IMG/VR virus record: IMGVR_UViG_3300046373_000115
Span: 1-55,290 of that record
From: a virus
Taxonomy: Duplodnaviria > Caudoviricetes
Direction: 5' to 3' (one strand)
Length of the DNA stretch: 55,290 nucleotides
Part shown: positions 26,340-35,247 of the stretch, one piece after another
Position numbering within the stretch: the stretch's first letter is position 1
Layout: each line of letters starts with the position of its first letter
Notes under the pieces: model-generated
Seen by the model: the letters and a program-made list of their open reading frames with translations, nothing else
Databases searched by the model: none
Told to the model about the DNA's origin: nothing
Made by a program: the position numbers and the translations under genes

Positions 26340-27154
26340 ATGCACACCTTCCAAGAAGCCGCCGAGTCCTACGTCCAGCACGGCGGCGAGGCGCGCTATC
26401 TCTCAAGGCTGATCGAGCGCTTTGGGTCGGAGGACGTCACGGCCATTACGCCGCTCGCCGTGCGGTCCGCGGCGGTCGAGCTCTATCCTGATGCCTTGCC
26501 TGCAACCCGCACCGACACTGCATCACGCCGGCCCGCGCTGTCCTCTACCACGCGCATGAACTTGGCTGGCGCATGCAGGCCCGGATTCGTCCGTTCCCAG
26601 CGCCGAAGACCCGCAAGACCGTCCCGGCAAGCCGCCGCTGGCTGGAGCGGTTTATCGAGCAGTGCGACGAAGATGACCTGCCGCACCTCGCCGCCTGCAC
26701 GCTCATGATGAACTTGACCGGTGCCCGGATCTCCGAGGCGATCAATCTGCTCGGAGAACACGTCGACCTGGGCCGGCGCACCGCCCTTCTGGTCAAAACC
26801 AAGACCGACACGAACAGTCTGCGCTACCTGCCCGATCATCTGCTCGAGCGGATCCGCGCGCTGGGCATCGAGCCGGGCCAGCGGGTCTTTCGCTACACCT
26901 CTCGCTTCTCGGTCAACGAGCGCATCGCCGCGGTCTGCGAGCGGGCGGACCTGCCTTACAAGTCCAGCCACACCATCGGACGCCACGCCTTCGCGACCAA
27001 CGCCCTCAATGCTGGGGTAGGCGTGCGGGTCGCCATGGACGCCGGCGGGTGGAAGTCGTCGACGATCTTCCTTGAGACGTACTCGCACACAATCGATGCC
27101 GGCCGCACCGTGGCCGACCGGTTCAACGCGATCCACCACGCCGACCAGTTCTAG
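26340..27154 (+). pseudogene. small tyrosine recombinase split by a 1-nt frameshift near 26511
   Basis: One extra A at 26511 gives PATRNRHCITPARAVL and joins the two ORFs; catalytic motifs TGARISEA, KTK, HTIGRH and TYSH. Confidence 0.78.
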
Positions 27155-27221
27155 CGCCTGGGCTCTGCAGGCCTAACCCCCTCCGATCACCCACCGACCC
27201 CACAGAAAGGGCCGATGACCT

Positions 27222-27716
27222 ATGCCTGATCCTGGGACGGAAGCGCTCTTGCGAGAAGTATTGGCCGGCATGGCTGGCCTGGAGGCGCGCCTCGACAGCG
27301 TCGCCAAGGCCCAAGAGGTCACCCAGGAGGACGCCCGCGAGGCCCGGGACGTGGCCAACCGGATCACGACCATCCTGCAAGAGCAGAACATCAATGTCCG
27401 CTTGACCGAGATCAAGACAGAGATGCGCCAGGCCTTCGCTGACGCCCGGCGGGAGGCTAGGGCGGACGTCGACGCGCTGCGCACCGACGTGGTTCTGGCC
27501 AACACCCGGCTCAAAACCGAGTTGGACGCTGCCGAGACGCGCCACCGCGCCGACCAAGCCGCCAATGAGGCGCGCTTCAAGACCCTCGAGACCGACCTGA
27601 CCAAGCGGGCCGGGATGAAAGACCTCATCGGCTGGCTGATGAAGAACGCGCCCTGGCTGTTTGCCGGAGCTGCGGCCTTCGCGGCAGGCCTTGGCTTCAA
27701 GGATCGGATCACATGA
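27222..27716 (+). CDS. coiled-coil protein with C-terminal TM segment (lysis module)
   Basis: Heptad-rich with hydrophobic end APWLFAGAAAFAAGLG; lies before the holin. Confidence 0.65.
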   Translation: MPDPGTEALLREVLAGMAGLEARLDSVAKAQEVTQEDAREARDVANRITTILQEQNINVRLTEIKTEMRQAFADARREARADVDALRTDVVLANTRLKTELDAAETRHRADQAANEARFKTLETDLTKRAGMKDLIGWLMKNAPWLFAGAAAFAAGLGFKDRIT

Positions 27717-28006
27717 CCACCAACCGACCCCACCCTCCGTTCTGGTGGCCCGAGACGCGCGGCTGGATCGTCATCGGCCTGTTCGCCCTGACCGGCTACA
27801 TCCTACGCACCGCTGCGCCCGAGCCTGGTGTTGAGCCCAGCGAGTTCTTCAAGGCCATCGCCCAGGCCGTGGTCTTGACCGGCTTCCTCGCGGCCGTCGG
27901 GTTCTTCTTCCAGGCGTCCAAGGGCGCTTCTGACGCCAATGCCCGGGCGGACAAGGCCATCGAGGTCGCTCAGAACGCCGCGACGGCGTCGGACGGCAAG
28001 TCATGA
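27713..28006 (+). CDS. putative holin (2 TM)
   Basis: Two hydrophobic helices, FFFQASKGA motif, directly before the endolysin. Confidence 0.7.
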   Translation: MTTNRPHPPFWWPETRGWIVIGLFALTGYILRTAAPEPGVEPSEFFKAIAQAVVLTGFLAAVGFFFQASKGASDANARADKAIEVAQNAATASDGKS

Positions 28007-28698
28007 CCGTCGCCACTCTCCGGGCCAACCTCGCGCGTCTGGGCTTCACGCCCGGGCCCGCCGACGGCGATCTAGGCGCGCGCACCCTCCAGGCCCTAGT
28101 CGACTTCGCCACGAACCGCCGCGCGCCGGCCGACACCGGAGCCTTGATGGCGAAGTGGTTGCCGTTCGCCTCGATCGACAGCCGCGACGAGATCATCGAG
28201 TTTGTCGCCAACTGCGCGCACGAGAGCGCCTTCCTGCCGCGCGAGGAGGGGCTGAGCTATTCGGCCGAGCGCATGGCCCAGGTCTGGCCTGGCCGCTATG
28301 CCGTCGATCCCCGCGCCAAGGTCAAGACGCCCAACGCCCTTGCCAAATCGCTGGCGCGCAACCCTCGCGCCTTCGCCAACGCGACCTATGGCGGCCGGAT
28401 GGGCAATACCAAGCCTGATGACGGTTTCACCTTCAGGGGCCGCGCCGCGCCGCAGCTCACCGGCCGGGAAGCCTACCGCGCCGTCGGCGAGATCGTCGGC
28501 AAGCCGTTCGAAGCTGACCCCGACCTGCTGCTGACCCCCGAGGGCTCAATGGCCGCCGCTGTCGGCTTCTGGCGCTGGAAGAACATCGGCAGGCTTGTCC
28601 CTGACACCAAGGCCGTGCGGCGCGCTTGGAACGGCGGGGATGTAGGCCTCGACGACGTCACCGCCATTGGCAACCGCCTTCGGGAGATTTGGTCATGA
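28003..28698 (+). CDS. endolysin: peptidoglycan-binding domain + GH19 lysozyme
   Basis: LARLGFTPGPADGDLGART (PG-binding); AHES, E.LSYS, YGGRMGN, FRGR..QLTGR..Y. Confidence 0.9.
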   Translation: MTVATLRANLARLGFTPGPADGDLGARTLQALVDFATNRRAPADTGALMAKWLPFASIDSRDEIIEFVANCAHESAFLPREEGLSYSAERMAQVWPGRYAVDPRAKVKTPNALAKSLARNPRAFANATYGGRMGNTKPDDGFTFRGRAAPQLTGREAYRAVGEIVGKPFEADPDLLLTPEGSMAAAVGFWRWKNIGRLVPDTKAVRRAWNGGDVGLDDVTAIGNRLREIWS

Positions 28699-29288
28699 TG
28701 GCCGGCCTCGCAATCACCCTCCGCGCCTGGGGCTCCGGCCTCTGGCACTTCCTCAAGACCCCCACCGGCCGCTACCTCGGCGCGGCCCTGGTGGTCATGG
28801 CCGCGTTGTTCATGGTTCGCGCCGAGGGCTACCGCGCTGGCGTCAAGCACGAGGTCGCCGCGCAGGCTGAGCGCGTGAAGGCGGCCCAGAAGCACGTCGC
28901 CAAGGTCGAGGCCAAGTCGGCGGAGATCGGCGCGAAGACCGCCGAAAAGCTGGCGGCCAAGAAGGTCGAGATCCGAACCATCACCAAGACCCTGTTGAAG
29001 GAGATCCCCTATGCGGTTCCTCAAGACCCTACTCGCGGGAGCTTGTCTGTCGGCTTTGTCCGCCTGCACGACGCAGCCGTCCTTGGTCTGCCCGGCCTTT
29101 CCGACCCCGCCGGCCGAGCTGATGCAACGCCCAGCGGCGTTACAGACGCTGCTGCCGCATCCGTCCTTATCGCCAACGCAGAAACATGCCGCATCAACGC
29201 CGAAGCCGTGACGGCCTGGCAGACCTATTGGGCCAGCCAGGCCGCACTCTGGAAGAAGACCATCAAGGCGCCTGATCCCGCGCCCTGA
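28695..29288 (+). CDS. Rz-like inner-membrane spanin
   Basis: N-terminal TM, coiled coil, GFVRLHDAA; follows the endolysin. Confidence 0.8.
   Translation: MMAGLAITLRAWGSGLWHFLKTPTGRYLGAALVVMAALFMVRAEGYRAGVKHEVAAQAERVKAAQKHVAKVEAKSAEIGAKTAEKLAAKKVEIRTITKTLLKEIPYAVPQDPTRGSLSVGFVRLHDAAVLGLPGLSDPAGRADATPSGVTDAAAASVLIANAETCRINAEAVTAWQTYWASQAALWKKTIKAPDPAP
29011..29211 (+). CDS. Rz1-like outer-membrane lipoprotein spanin, nested in Rz
   Basis: Lipobox LSA-C, Pro-rich mature part (PTPPAELM), AAGGAG RBS, different frame. Confidence 0.85.
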   Translation: MRFLKTLLAGACLSALSACTTQPSLVCPAFPTPPAELMQRPAALQTLLPHPSLSPTQKHAASTPKP

Positions 29289-29339
29289 CTGCTCGCCCTA
29301 GGGCTTGAGCTCCAATTACTTGCAGATTTTGCAAGTTCC

Positions 29340-29380
29340 GGCCCGCTGCTTCTTCGGAGGTAGCGGGCCCTTCGTCGTTT
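29340..29380 (+). terminator. terminator of the late/lysis operon
   Basis: 13-bp stem GGCCCGCTGCTTC/GAGGTAGCGGGCC with cUUCGg loop and pyrimidine-rich tail. Confidence 0.65.
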
Positions 29381-29438
29381 CTGGGCCGAACACACCGGAG
29401 CGGCTTAGGTCTGGGGTTCCTCGGACGGGTCGCCCCCT

Positions 29439-29702
29439 TCACTTCGCCACAGATTTATCGATCGGACCAAGCGCCCTGGCTGGGAATTCAGGATCCAGAC
29501 CCTCATCGAAATCCGGGTTGAGCGTTAGCGACGCCAGGAGAAACGCAATGCCATCGTCCAAACCACTGCTGTGATCCCGGTCCAGATAGCCTACCGACGC
29601 GACATCTTGCGCATCTGAGGTGATGATCGCTATGGCCGCAATTTCGCCGCGCTGGGCTCGATCGAGCGCGACGGAAAGCATGTTGACGATCTGTTGATCC
29701 AT
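29439..29702 (-). CDS. hypothetical moron protein (87 aa, MDQQIVN...)
   Basis: GGAGG RBS; lies opposite to the late operon. Confidence 0.6.
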   Translation of the reverse strand: MDQQIVNMLSVALDRAQRGEIAAIAIITSDAQDVASVGYLDRDHSSGLDDGIAFLLASLTLNPDFDEGLDPEFPARALGPIDKSVAK

Positions 29703-29772
29703 GGCGCGTTCCCTCCACACGGAAGGTTGTGGCGATAGGACGTATCCTGTCAAAGGATTTCGTGTCCGACAC

Positions 29773-30072
29773 TCAGGACGGCATAGCGTCATCACCAAGC
29801 CTCCAGAACAAGATCCTATCAGCATGCTCCGACGAGTTGATCGACACCGCGTCGGCGAATTTCTTGCACTTTTTGCAAGTAAAGACACCCTCTCGCATGA
29901 GGTCTAGAACCTTGCGCTCGGACAGCGGCTTGAGCCTGGCCAGATCAACCGGTCGGCCTCCACATCGCCCCGCGCACCAGATCGCCACGTCCAGCCAGCC
30001 TTCGACGCAGTCAGCTATCGTCAGGTCGGCGGGAGCGGTGCGAGCAAGGACGGGGTCGGAGAAGTGGCCCAT
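29773..30072 (-). CDS. hypothetical Zn-finger-like protein
   Basis: CAGRC...CKKC cysteine pairs; 99 aa. Confidence 0.55.
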   Translation of the reverse strand: MGHFSDPVLARTAPADLTIADCVEGWLDVAIWCAGRCGGRPVDLARLKPLSERKVLDLMREGVFTCKKCKKFADAVSINSSEHADRILFWRLGDDAMPS

Positions 30073-30080
30073 GGCTGTAA

Positions 30081-30300
30081 CCTGGGGAGCATTCTGGGGA
30101 GTGCGTCAGGTTGATGCGCGCTAAGCAATTGAAAACATTGGTGGATGCTGCAGGGATTGAACCTGCGACCCCCTCGGTGTGAACGAAGGGCTCTCTTACC
30201 GCATCCCTTATTCACAAGGGATTTCTCGTTTCATACTCCCCTAAATGGTCGCGTTTCGTTCACGTCAAAACGTTTCATTCTGGGGAATAACTGGGGAATG
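30081..30300. mobile_element. attP: attP region: tRNA-Val core flanked by CTGGGGA(G/A) arm-type repeats
   Basis: CTGGGGAG at 30082 and 30094, CTGGGGAA at 30280 and 30291, inverted partial copy at 30235-30243; adjacent to the integrase stop. Confidence 0.8.
30139..30206 (-). tRNA. partial/pseudo tRNA-Val(CAC) used as att core; D-arm missing
   Basis: Minus strand reads GGATGC..GAGC-C-CTTCG-TT CAC AC-CGAGG-GGGTC-GCAGG-TTCAATC-CCTGC-AGCATCC-A-CCA. Confidence 0.8.
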
Positions 30301-30303
30301 AGT

Positions 30304-31536
30304 TCAGAGCGCGCCTCGCGCCTCGGCCTGGAAATCGGGCCGGTGGTGGGCGTAGTGCTTCTCCAGTGTCGCTATCGACATGCCGATGTAGGACGCGGCC
30401 AGCCACGGGTCGACACCCGCCTCCATAAGCAGCGTCGCGGCTGTGTGCCGGAGCCAGTGCGCGGTCACTTCGTGCGGAAGGCCGGCGTCCCTGACGCAAC
30501 CCGAAAAGCCCTTCTTGACCTTGGCGACAGGTAGCCCGCCGTGATGGACGACGGCGTTGAGAAGGCGCACCGGCCGGCCAGGTCCGAGGCGCGCGTCTTC
30601 CTCACGCCAGGCTATCTCTTGGGCCTCGTCAATCCGACGCCATCGCCGCATATGGCTAAGAAGGCGCGGCGAGAGCTTCACCACGGGCCGGCGCTTGGTC
30701 TTGTGGTCCCTTTCCGCGCGGCCGCGCCTGTAGACCATGCCGCGCTCGAGATCGACCCATGCCTGGGCTGGGCTTTCGCGCCAGAGCAATGACGTGACTA
30801 CAGCCGAGCGCGACCCGGTGTAGAGGGCGATCAAGACGAAGCGAGCCATGTGCGCCCGGTTGGCGCGCGAAGAGCCTGGCAGCAGGCTCCAGCTGCCGTT
30901 CGGCGCTCTCCGCCGGCCACGGGCCGCGAGGAGTAGCGCGGCCACCTGTGAGCGCGTGAGGGCGTCCCTTGGGCTGGGCGGCTTCGGCGGCAACCAGACC
31001 TCCGGCCGGGACGAAAGCTTGTCCTCGCCGTGCCAGTAGCCGATCGACGCCGACAGGACCTCGAGTTCGCGGCGGGCCGTCTGGTCCGAGACCTTCCGCC
31101 CGGTCTCCAGGCCGGCCCTTCGAACGGTCTGAGCGGTGCGGTGGGCGACATACTCCCGGCAGGTCGACCGCCGAACATCCCCCAGGGTCTTCTCGAACCA
31201 GAAGCCCAAGAGGTGGCTGATGAAGCCGGCGATCGAGACGGCGTCGCCGGCCAGTTCTGGCGCCCGCTCATGGGCGTAGAGCGCTAAGACCTCAGCGACT
31301 AGGACCTGATCGGGATCACGTCGGCGATCGGCTGCTGTCGGCGGCGTGACGTACTTGCTGGCGATGTAGGCGGCAAGCGCCCTCTCAGCCTCTCGCAGGC
31401 CATCAGGGCCGCAGCCTGTGCCGACCTCCTTCTGTCCGTCTCGGATGAAGTATCGCGACGGGAGTTGGGCGCCGGTACGCCGGTCGATCCGCCCTTGTCG
31501 GAGGTAGAGGCGGGGACCTTTGGCGTGTCGGGACAT
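30304..31536 (-). CDS. int: tyrosine integrase
   Basis: 410 aa; IALYTGSR, KTK, HWLRHTAAT, LEKHYAHH catalytic motifs. Confidence 0.95.
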   Translation of the reverse strand: MSRHAKGPRLYLRQGRIDRRTGAQLPSRYFIRDGQKEVGTGCGPDGLREAERALAAYIASKYVTPPTAADRRRDPDQVLVAEVLALYAHERAPELAGDAVSIAGFISHLLGFWFEKTLGDVRRSTCREYVAHRTAQTVRRAGLETGRKVSDQTARRELEVLSASIGYWHGEDKLSSRPEVWLPPKPPSPRDALTRSQVAALLLAARGRRRAPNGSWSLLPGSSRANRAHMARFVLIALYTGSRSAVVTSLLWRESPAQAWVDLERGMVYRRGRAERDHKTKRRPVVKLSPRLLSHMRRWRRIDEAQEIAWREEDARLGPGRPVRLLNAVVHHGGLPVAKVKKGFSGCVRDAGLPHEVTAHWLRHTAATLLMEAGVDPWLAASYIGMSIATLEKHYAHHRPDFQAEARGAL

Positions 31537-31760
31537 GTCGGCGGCCTAAAGAGGGCCCGCACCTGGGCGGGCGTGACATAGAACTTCCCCGCGACGGGAG
31601 CGGGGGTCAACCGACCCTTGCGGATCTCGGTTCGGAGCATGGCGACGGTGACGGGCAGCTCGGTAGCCATGACTGCAGCGGCTTCATCCAGCCGCATCGG
31701 CGCATCGTCCGACCAGTCGGCCGGCAGCGGCCTCGCTATGACGCGGGCAAGGTCACCCAT
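31299..31760 (-). CDS. excisionase-like HTH protein overlapping int
   Basis: GGGAGG RBS before MGDLAR; MRLDEAA...LRTEIRKGRL....GKFYVT winged-helix pattern. Confidence 0.65.
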   Translation of the reverse strand: MGDLARVIARPLPADWSDDAPMRLDEAAAVMATELPVTVAMLRTEIRKGRLTPAPVAGKFYVTPAQVRALFRPPTCPDTPKVPASTSDKGGSTGVPAPNSRRDTSSETDRRRSAQAAALMACERLRGRLPPTSPASTSRRRQQPIADVIPIRS

Positions 31761-31944
31761 TCTTACCTCCCAGCTGCGCCAGAACTCGATCGATGCAGTA
31801 TCGGAGGTCATGAAGGCCCGCCAAATTGGTCCGGACCTCGACCTTGTCGCCATTGGGCTCGATGCTGAAGATCGACGGCCAAAGCGGATGGCCATCTGTG
31901 TAGACCTCGATGCGGAAAACACCGGCAGTTTGCTCGACCTTCAT
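31753..31944 (-). CDS. hypothetical protein (MKVEQTAG...)
   Basis: ATGA-coupled in the left operon, GGAG RBS. Confidence 0.55.
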   Translation of the reverse strand: MKVEQTAGVFRIEVYTDGHPLWPSIFSIEPNGDKVEVRTNLAGLHDLRYCIDRVLAQLGGKNG

Positions 31945-32159
31945 GGCTGATCTCCTTGCCGCTTGGCGCCAGAGATCGCCGACAACCACGTCGTAACGCT
32001 TTCGGTCACTGCGGTCAGGGCGTCCCCATAACTGGGGTGCTGACCGCTGACACCGGTGATGGTGTTGGCGTGGACGACACCCTTGGCGGTCTCGTGCCAG
32101 GTCCCGACGCGCACGCCGTTGATGAGGAATTCGCCCGCCGTCGGTCGCATGGTGATCAT
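31941..32159 (-). CDS. hypothetical protein
   Basis: 72 aa, coupled overlap, AGGAGG RBS. Confidence 0.55.
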   Translation of the reverse strand: MITMRPTAGEFLINGVRVGTWHETAKGVVHANTITGVSGQHPSYGDALTAVTESVTTWLSAISGAKRQGDQP

Positions 32160-32458
32160 GGCTTTCCGCCCTCCTGCTGAAGGGCGAGGCGGCCGGCTGG
32201 AAACAGCGATGCAACATGATCGAACGCATCTTGTCTTGTCAGAAACAGACGAAGTCGGCTCTGATCAGCCCAGTCTTTTCCCGTGCCTAGCGTCCGGTAG
32301 GCACCCTTGCGGCGATAGACACTCCACCCCCAAATGGCGCGGCCACAGTCGGGATAATCCCGCAGCTTGCAGGCGAACACGGTCGGAAAGCAGTCCGAAC
32401 CATAGACGCCCCAAAGCGGGAAATTGGCCGGCGCTGTATCGAAGGTCAGCTTGGTCAT
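32156..32458 (-). CDS. hypothetical protein
   Basis: 100 aa, coupled overlap. Confidence 0.55.
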   Translation of the reverse strand: MTKLTFDTAPANFPLWGVYGSDCFPTVFACKLRDYPDCGRAIWGWSVYRRKGAYRTLGTGKDWADQSRLRLFLTRQDAFDHVASLFPAGRLALQQEGGKP

Positions 32459-32646
32459 GCGGGGTCTCCCTTGGAGCGAGCGGCGTCATAGATCGCCTTG
32501 CACACCGGCTCGTCGTGGAACTCTTCGTCGTCGAGTTGACCACAGACGCCACAGCGGGTCGTTCCATCCGTGACGGGCTCGGGATAGCTGACGAAGCGGC
32601 GGACCTGGCGACCACCGTAGTAGACCATTTCGGCTGGACCGCTCAT
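32455..32646 (-). CDS. hypothetical protein (CxxC)
   Basis: 63 aa, coupled overlap. Confidence 0.5.
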   Translation of the reverse strand: MSGPAEMVYYGGRQVRRFVSYPEPVTDGTTRCGVCGQLDDEEFHDEPVCKAIYDAARSKGDPA

Positions 32647-32876
32647 GGTGCGGGGTCTCCGGCTTTAGCGACGCGCACCGAGCGGTTGGCCGTGATCGAC
32701 AGGCCGTCCTTGATCCGGCGGACGAAGAAGGTCGCGTCGGGATAGTTCGACCTGCTGTAGCTCCAGCCCCAACCGATGCGGTTGTAGCGCCCCTCGACAT
32801 AGCGCGGAGTTTCCTGGCGGATGATCCTGACGGCCTCGTCGAAGTCTTCGGGATCGGCGTTGATGATGACCTTCAT
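32643..32876 (-). CDS. hypothetical protein
   Basis: 77 aa, GGGAG RBS. Confidence 0.6.
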   Translation of the reverse strand: MKVIINADPEDFDEAVRIIRQETPRYVEGRYNRIGWGWSYSRSNYPDATFFVRRIKDGLSITANRSVRVAKAGDPAP

Positions 32877-32879
32877 GGT

Positions 32880-33755
32880 CTACTCCCCTCCCTCAAGGGT
32901 GGACGGCAGCGCTAGGATAGCGTCCATGATGTACTCGAAGCGGGCCTTTCTAGCCGTCTCGCGCGCCTCATTCATCGCGGCCGGAAGCATGCCGTCGCGG
33001 CCACGACGCCCCAGCCATTCCCCATCGCTGATCGCGAGAGCGACAGCTGTCCGCACCCGGTCAGCGATCACATCCCTATCCGGCTTCCACCCGCCCGCTG
33101 TCGGCGGCGTGGGCCGCTCGTAAAGCGGACGGACGTCGGACATGAACTCGCTCTTGGCCATGCGTTCGTCGCACGTGGCCACCCATTCGCGCTCGGGTCC
33201 GCACGAGCGGCCGCGCCAAGCCACAGGCTCACCACCCGGCGCGGACTTCTCCCCTTCGTCGGCGAGCGGCAAGATCCCGTCCATACGGACCATGAAGTCG
33301 GCCTCGCGGTCGTTCCAGCCGCGCTTGTAGGCTTGCTCGATGGTCTCCGCCCCTTCGGCTAGGGCGGCGGTGAGAGCGGCGCGGATGCGGGCGCGAAATT
33401 CGTCCGTTGGATTATAGGCGATGGCTAGTCCGAGGTCGTCCGCAACCTGCGCCGTCCAAGCCATAGCCGCCGCCTCAACCATCGCCTCCGTCACCCCGCC
33501 CTCTGTACCGCTGGACTTGGGGGTGGTGGCGTCGAGGAGCGCGCGGTTTTCGGCCGTCAGAGCGGTGATGCGCTCGGCTTGACGGCCGAGAGCGGCCAAC
33601 AGTTCGGTGACCGCGTCCACCGCATCCCAGCGCGCCACATCGTCGCCGTCCATGTGGCAATCAATCGTCGCCCATAGCGCCGTTTCTGCGGTCTTGATCA
33701 GATCGCTTTCGGCGGGGTCTTCACGCATGGTTGACCTCGCTGGGGTGGCTGTCAT
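32880..33755 (-). CDS. mosaic early-region hypothetical protein (start 33755 or 33728)
   Basis: Modular segments VTEAMVEAA and EPVAWR typical of lambdoid ea/ead-region genes. Confidence 0.55.
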   Translation of the reverse strand: MTATPARSTMREDPAESDLIKTAETALWATIDCHMDGDDVARWDAVDAVTELLAALGRQAERITALTAENRALLDATTPKSSGTEGGVTEAMVEAAAMAWTAQVADDLGLAIAYNPTDEFRARIRAALTAALAEGAETIEQAYKRGWNDREADFMVRMDGILPLADEGEKSAPGGEPVAWRGRSCGPEREWVATCDERMAKSEFMSDVRPLYERPTPPTAGGWKPDRDVIADRVRTAVALAISDGEWLGRRGRDGMLPAAMNEARETARKARFEYIMDAILALPSTLEGGE

Positions 33756-34117
33756 GCTGCACCTGGGGTTTGAGGGCCGGCGAAGAGAGGTTGGCATTCC
33801 CAACCGGATCGACCCAAGAAATCGAGACCAGCACCGGCTGTACGCAACTGCCACTCTTCTGGGTCAGCACTTGTTGGCCTGATGCGCCACGCCACCGGCT
33901 CTTGCGAGGTGGGTGGGCTGTCGGCGTCAAAACTTCCTCCCTCGATCTCAGCCGCGAATTCATACAGCGCATCAGCACGGTAGAACGCGGCGTCTTTCAG
34001 GCTTTTGGCCAAGCCGTCCTTGGCGTCGTGGATGGCCATTTGGCGGTCAGCCCACGTCCTAGCCGTGTCGATCAGGGCTGTACGGTTCATAGTCTGCCAT
34101 TGCGTCGGAACACTCAT
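33752..34117 (-). CDS. hypothetical protein (EPVAWR module)
   Basis: 121 aa, coupled overlap. Confidence 0.55.
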   Translation of the reverse strand: MSVPTQWQTMNRTALIDTARTWADRQMAIHDAKDGLAKSLKDAAFYRADALYEFAAEIEGGSFDADSPPTSQEPVAWRIRPTSADPEEWQLRTAGAGLDFLGRSGWECQPLFAGPQTPGAA

Positions 34118-34398
34118 GCCTCCGCAAATCCATCGAGCAGTCGGACAAGCATAGCCGCCGCTTCGTCGGCGTCCTTGTGGCTATCGGTCCAGCCTGCGAT
34201 CTCGTCTGGCTCCCACGACCCAGGCTCGCCATCGACGCGGCAGTAGGTCTCGCGGCCGGTGTAGAGCTTGTAGTCGTCGCTGTAGGCGACCTCATGTACC
34301 TCCCCTTCCTCCGTCACGATCCAAAAGATGCGATCGCGCGGGCAGGGCATCCCTAAAAGCCTCCACCAATGCGGCTTCCCGTTCCAGTCGATGCTCAT
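34114..34398 (-). CDS. hypothetical protein
   Basis: 94 aa, coupled overlap. Confidence 0.55.
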   Translation of the reverse strand: MSIDWNGKPHWWRLLGMPCPRDRIFWIVTEEGEVHEVAYSDDYKLYTGRETYCRVDGEPGSWEPDEIAGWTDSHKDADEAAAMLVRLLDGFAEA

Positions 34399-34581
34399 GT
34401 CATCAGTTCCGATTGAGATTGAGGGGCGATATGTGGCTGGAGTACCTGGAGAGGACGACGTGAGCCCTGACTGTCGAAAAGCAGTCAGCAGCAGCCGCTC
34501 CGCGCTCCTGCGCCAGGCCCACTTCGGACAACAGCCCTCCAGCGCCCGCCCTCAAAGTTTCGACTTCGCTTAGGCCAGTGG

Positions 34582-35247
34582 TCATGCTGCAAGCCTTTCA
34601 GCTTGAACCCGCGCCATCAGTTGGCGGCCCAGATACTCAGTGAAGGCTGGCGGGATGGCGTTCATCAGGTCGCCCGTGACGCCGCGCTTGCGGCTTGCGC
34701 CGCCCTGCATCGGTATCCATGGTGTGTCCTGCGCCTGGCGGAATTGGTCAGCCGTGCGGCCCTTGCCATGCCATGGGTCGTAGACGTCCGAATGGTCGCA
34801 CGGCGGCAGGAGATCGAAGGCGACCGGGAAGCTGCATTCGAAAATGCGATGCTTGGCGATCTTCAGGCCGAACATGGTTCCGCAGAGCGTGATGTCAGCC
34901 CGGATCGGCGCGCCAACCACGTTCTCGATGATGTACGGCAGGCCGGCGGCATCCAGCAGGGCGCGTGTCGGCTCGATCAGGTCAGCATGGCTGTCTGCAT
35001 TGCCATGGAAGCGCGTCGCCATCGTGTGCTTGCTGCAAGGCGGGCTGGCGTGGACCGCGTGGGCTTCGCGCCGGATCTTCCCTGACGTCAGGTCCAGGAC
35101 GTTGCCCTGGCGAAACTCGCACTCACGCGGGTAATGCGGCTGCGGATTGATGTCCCATCCGATCACGCGAAAACCGGCGCGGTGATAGCCCATCGCAGCA
35201 CCACCAGCAGCGCAGAAGAGGTCGTAGAGAACGGGGCGCTCAGACAT
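34582..35247 (-). CDS. short C5-cytosine DNA methyltransferase
   Basis: DLFCAAGG (motif I), ASPPC (IV), IENV (VI), HRIFE (VIII), NAIPP (X). Confidence 0.85.
   Translation of the reverse strand: MSERPVLYDLFCAAGGAAMGYHRAGFRVIGWDINPQPHYPRECEFRQGNVLDLTSGKIRREAHAVHASPPCSKHTMATRFHGNADSHADLIEPTRALLDAAGLPYIIENVVGAPIRADITLCGTMFGLKIAKHRIFECSFPVAFDLLPPCDHSDVYDPWHGKGRTADQFRQAQDTPWIPMQGGASRKRGVTGDLMNAIPPAFTEYLGRQLMARVQAERLAA

Noticed and set aside
19593-27200. Diversity-generating retroelement or invertible shufflon at the tail fibre
   Set aside because: No reverse transcriptase, no TR/VR pair, and no inverted spare fibre cassettes seen by eye
30139-30206. Functional phage tRNA gene
   Set aside because: No D-arm and a mismatch at the seventh acceptor pair; better explained as an att core or pseudo-tRNA
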